Virus record (IMG/VR): IMGVR_UViG_3300009194_000004
Span: 111,439 to 131,438 of that record
Reading direction: 5' to 3' (one strand)
From: an uncultured virus (IMG/VR IMGVR_UViG_3300009194_000004)
Taxonomy: Duplodnaviria; Heunggongvirae; Uroviricota; Caudoviricetes
Length of the DNA stretch: 20,000 nucleotides
In this document: one piece after another, positions 16,901-20,000 of the stretch
Position numbering within the stretch: position 1 is the stretch's first letter
How the letters are laid out: each line of letters opens with the position of its first letter
Notes under the pieces: generated by a model
What the model saw: the letters and a program-made list of their open reading frames with translations, nothing else
What the model was told of the DNA's origin: nothing
Database searches by the model: none
Translations under genes and position numbers: made by a program

Positions 16901-17934
16901 TCAATCCTCGTTAAGGTATGGTTACCTTCCAACACATACGAACGTCCCGTTATTGGGTTGAAATGGAGCCAGTTGGGCTGTAGCACTCCCGCGTTTACAA
17001 GCGTAGGTAAGCCGGACCCTTTATTCACCCAAGACCCGTTTTCGTAAACGTAATATTCGTTACTACGCACATCCACGATTGGTAGACGATCGCCAGTCCT
17101 TTGGAGAACTCTCCATGTACTGTTGGGTTGAGAATGACACACGTATCCATACCGCTGCGGACCACGGAATACGGCCAAATCCGGATCTGCGGTTAAGTCA
17201 ATAACCGTTTTTGCGGGATCATGATAGTTGCCGTTATTGAGTGTTGTTTCTACGGTAATGAGGTCGTCCTCACGTGTAATCCTCAGCTTTTGACCGTTTG
17301 GAATTGAACTCCATCCTACTTTTGTACCATTCCCGATGGGTCCGGTAGCTACTGTTCCGTCGAACCACTGCAGGCCTGAATAGACATTAGCGATTTCTTT
17401 GAATCCGGTCACCTGACGATTGTATTCAATAATCATAGGTGCCCGGCCTGTACCGGCGCGTATCGCTGTGAGTGTATGGGTGTTTCCGTTTTCATCCTCA
17501 GCGTGGGCAAGACACACCCCAATGTAGTCGTCGTCAGCTGATGTTGATCTCAACAACACTTCCAAGACATAGTTGTTGTAGCGCTGATCTGAAATAAACC
17601 CAACGAGGGTGGTCGAGTTTATCTGACAAACAATCTGATCCGCGCTGCTATTATAACTCCATGCGGTGAGTTCGCTGGTATTGGCCGAATCAGACATCGA
17701 CCCAGACCGACTGATCCGTTGCCACGAATCAAAAACGGTTTGAAACGACTCTTTTTGGGATTTCTGGAAATTCATTTCTTCGTCGGTCTCAATGAACCCG
17801 ACCTTCTTGATGGTAGGTACCCCAACAAATCTCTCGCCGTCATTGGACAACATTTGACCAACGGCGTTAAAAGGGGATCGAAAGACCCCCTTAACCGTGT
17901 TGAAGTAACCCACCAGACTGGTCACTAAACTCAT
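16897..17934 (-). CDS. 345-aa protein with an internal thrombospondin-C-terminal-like (ConA/L-lectin fold) domain
   Basis: QIVCQINS...STSADDDYIGVCL...RGPQRYGYVCHSQPNSTW resembles TSP_C/COMP hallmarks as recalled (IVQTMNS...DDDYAGF...GGRLGVFCFSQENIIW). TAATG overlap with the upstream gene. Confidence 0.7.
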   Translation of the reverse strand: MSLVTSLVGYFNTVKGVFRSPFNAVGQMLSNDGERFVGVPTIKKVGFIETDEEMNFQKSQKESFQTVFDSWQRISRSGSMSDSANTSELTAWSYNSSADQIVCQINSTTLVGFISDQRYNNYVLEVLLRSTSADDDYIGVCLAHAEDENGNTHTLTAIRAGTGRAPMIIEYNRQVTGFKEIANVYSGLQWFDGTVATGPIGNGTKVGWSSIPNGQKLRITREDDLITVETTLNNGNYHDPAKTVIDLTADPDLAVFRGPQRYGYVCHSQPNSTWRVLQRTGDRLPIVDVRSNEYYVYENGSWVNKGSGLPTLVNAGVLQPNWLHFNPITGRSYVLEGNHTLTRIE

Positions 17935-19253
17935 TATTCATTCCTTGTCAGTTCTTCTACCGTTGGTTTACCCACAACCAGATAGTTCGCGTTTTCATAC
18001 GGGAAGATGACGTATGAAACACCCCCGCGAGTAATCCGGTTCATGGTCACCGGCATCTCGCTGGTGGGACTCAAGGTTTCCGCGACCTTAACCGCTTCGC
18101 TCAACAGTGTAAAGAACTCTTGAGTGCGCGGTTGCATCCGGTTATAGTCAGACGATTCGTTGGAGACAATGAGGTAGTCTTCGAATTTACCATAGAAACT
18201 GGTGATGCCATCTTGGTTCTGTGGGTTACCCACAACCCCGAATGCCAACGACTTGTACAGTAGGTTCGAGATTTCGTACTCGTTGTTAATCCAGGTATCG
18301 TTGTACTGCGGACCCAGTGTGGTCTGACGTAACAGTCCGGTGATCTCTTTCGGTTTCACCGTGGGACTGTAGATACCGGCTTTCAACTCACGGTTGGGAA
18401 CACCGTAGTGCGTCCAAAACGGCGTGATAACAAATTCAGTCGCGATGAAAATCTCAGGCAGGATCTCAGACCAGTCATCCTCACCGTACTCACTGTTGGC
18501 CAAGATGTAGTCCACGATGGCTTGTTTCATCTTGTCGGGGTTATTGCCTGCTGGACCATAAATGATGAGCAACCACTCGGTCGGGATTTCCCAGCCGGTG
18601 TCGTTGGGGTCCACGTAATTAAAGCGCAGTGCTTTCAGGTCCGTGTAGGGGTACTCACCCCGAGTGATTTCCACCTCACCCAGTTTCTCCACCAAGTCGA
18701 ACTGGTTCAGGCGCTGCTGTACCCGCACCGGGTCCAAGAAGAAATCATCAATTGGGGTAAACGGTGGGATGACTTCAATCTGGGATTCGTCGTATTGGTA
18801 CCGGAAGGCCGCGTCGGATAACCAGACCGAAATGTAATTTTCTTCACCGAGTTGCGAATCGGTAAAGCTGACCCAAGTGGGCATCCAAAGACCGTCCGAA
18901 CGCTCCAACGGGCCAAATGCGAAATCGGCTATTTGGTCGGCGAATTCGGCCTTGACCATCTGCAGAAAAGCAGTACGGTCACTGCTGATGGATTGTTCGT
19001 TTGCACGATCGTAAATGTACTGTCCCAGTGTCAGTATACGGGTCACCAGAGTCATGTCTGGGTTAACTGGTTGGTTGTCCTTTACGCTATGAAACGAAAT
19101 AAGAGTCGTTACTGGAGCTTGTTCGTCGGTGTGGTACGTTTTGTCTTTGGCATAGGTGGATGAATGCGTGGAAAGTTCGCCAAAACGGGCGACTACATCA
19201 CGTGTGTTATCGACCAACGTCGAATAGCTGAAAAACCCTTTCAGTACAAACAT
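17934..19253 (-). CDS. Probable virion structural protein (439 aa), phiKZ gp157-like by recall
   Basis: Long ORF, AAGGA RBS, first gene of a coupled operon; N-terminus MFVLKGFF resembles a conserved virion protein of phiKZ-like phages (not verified). Confidence 0.65.
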   Translation of the reverse strand: MFVLKGFFSYSTLVDNTRDVVARFGELSTHSSTYAKDKTYHTDEQAPVTTLISFHSVKDNQPVNPDMTLVTRILTLGQYIYDRANEQSISSDRTAFLQMVKAEFADQIADFAFGPLERSDGLWMPTWVSFTDSQLGEENYISVWLSDAAFRYQYDESQIEVIPPFTPIDDFFLDPVRVQQRLNQFDLVEKLGEVEITRGEYPYTDLKALRFNYVDPNDTGWEIPTEWLLIIYGPAGNNPDKMKQAIVDYILANSEYGEDDWSEILPEIFIATEFVITPFWTHYGVPNRELKAGIYSPTVKPKEITGLLRQTTLGPQYNDTWINNEYEISNLLYKSLAFGVVGNPQNQDGITSFYGKFEDYLIVSNESSDYNRMQPRTQEFFTLLSEAVKVAETLSPTSEMPVTMNRITRGGVSYVIFPYENANYLVVGKPTVEELTRNE

Positions 19254-19463
19254 GCCTATTTTTTCCTTTATTAAAGGTTGAAATCGATTGCGAGTTCCTA
19301 TAAAATCAACGGGCGATGCGGGAGTTAACCCCCGGTAGTCCGTTCGTTCCTAATAGCAATATCGGGAGTTTAGCGCTGTTACCTACCGTAAATGTGAAAA
19401 GACCTTCGTGACGGCCTAAGGTAGGAGTAGTATCACAACATGACAACTGTCACGAGGTAGTGC

Positions 19464-19802
19464 ATGTTATCAACCATACTAAAAGCCCTTGTGGTGGTCT
19501 GGCCTTTCTTCAAAGCCCTGATCTTTAAAGACCGTTCAGCCATGGAAGTGTTGAGCGACAATAAGCAGTTTACCGGCATGTTCGTCGTGTTGGTGGTGGT
19601 GGCTTTGATGTTTTACGTGACCCTGAACGAACTGTCTGAAACCAAGGTAGTTCTTCAGGCTCGGGAACAAGAACTGAGTCAACTCCAAAAGCGCTGTCGA
19701 GCACCGGCGGTTCCAGGTGTCAATTCGCCTGTAATAGAAAAAGACGAAGAATCGCCGTTCGACAAAAGTCCGGTCCTTGAACTGCTGGACATCGAAGGAT
19801 AA
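19464..19802 (+). CDS. Membrane protein (112 aa), candidate inner-membrane spanin (Rz-like)
   Basis: GAGG RBS; hydrophobic helix FTGMFVVLVVVALMFYVTL followed by a coiled-coil-like segment, one Cys and a Pro-containing tail; directly upstream of a lipoprotein gene. Confidence 0.6.
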   Translation: MLSTILKALVVVWPFFKALIFKDRSAMEVLSDNKQFTGMFVVLVVVALMFYVTLNELSETKVVLQAREQELSQLQKRCRAPAVPGVNSPVIEKDEESPFDKSPVLELLDIEG

Positions 19803-19817
19803 GACATGGAGTTTACC

Positions 19818-20000
19818 ATGCTACACCGTGTTAAATTACTCAGCGGTGTTGTGTTGTTGGTGTTGGGTGGGTGTACTGTGCACGTGGGGTACACCCCCAA
19901 ACTTTACCTCGCCCAATCCGACCGTCTCCAAACGGATCTCGACACATCACCCACGTTTACCTTACAGAGCGAATCACGACCTGCAGTGATTCCCAATCCA
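19818..20000 (+). CDS. Lipoprotein, 3'-truncated; candidate outer-membrane spanin (Rz1-like)
   Basis: Translated by hand, not in the ORF track. GGAG at 19808, ATG 19818: MLHRVKLLSGVVLLVLGG-CTVHVGYTPKLYLAQ... with basic n-region, hydrophobic h-region and lipobox LGGC (Cys19 at 19872-19874); open to the window end. Confidence 0.7.
   Translation, partial: MLHRVKLLSGVVLLVLGGCTVHVGYTPKLYLAQSDRLQTDLDTSPTFTLQSESRPAVIPNP

Noticed and set aside
19777..19989. 70-aa Cys/Trp-rich ORF in the track
   Set aside because: The alternative frame from ATG 19818 has an RBS and a lipoprotein signal, so it is the better gene.
1..20000. CRISPR arrays, tRNA/rRNA genes, introns, inteins, IS elements, stop-codon recoding
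   Set aside because: None detected by eye; long ORFs tile the window in the standard code and end in TAA, TAG and TGA.

Overview
Dense, operon-organised phage DNA, most consistent with a phiKZ-like jumbo myovirus (Chimalliviridae-type). This rests on motifs and recalled gene order, not on a database search. Left to right: (1) a minus-strand cassette of a radical SAM/SPASM enzyme, a 180-aa protein ending in CHSN-CHSN-CHGSRSRR, and two paralogous unknown proteins, one truncated at the window edge and absent from the ORF track; (2) two paralogous tail-fibre-type proteins and a divergent probable virion gene; (3) dUTPase and an SbcC/Rad50-like ATPase; (4) a central tail spike plus PAAR tip; (5) an internal-head-type protein with a ~400-aa acidic propeptide; (6) a coupled operon with three paralogous modular proteins (bare module, module plus Kelch propeller, module with an inserted thrombospondin-C-like lectin domain); (7) a probable two-component spanin pair. 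The best candidate for an undescribed system is the phage-encoded rSAM/SPASM + Cys/His-repeat substrate + paralog cassette directly downstream of the tail-fibre genes.
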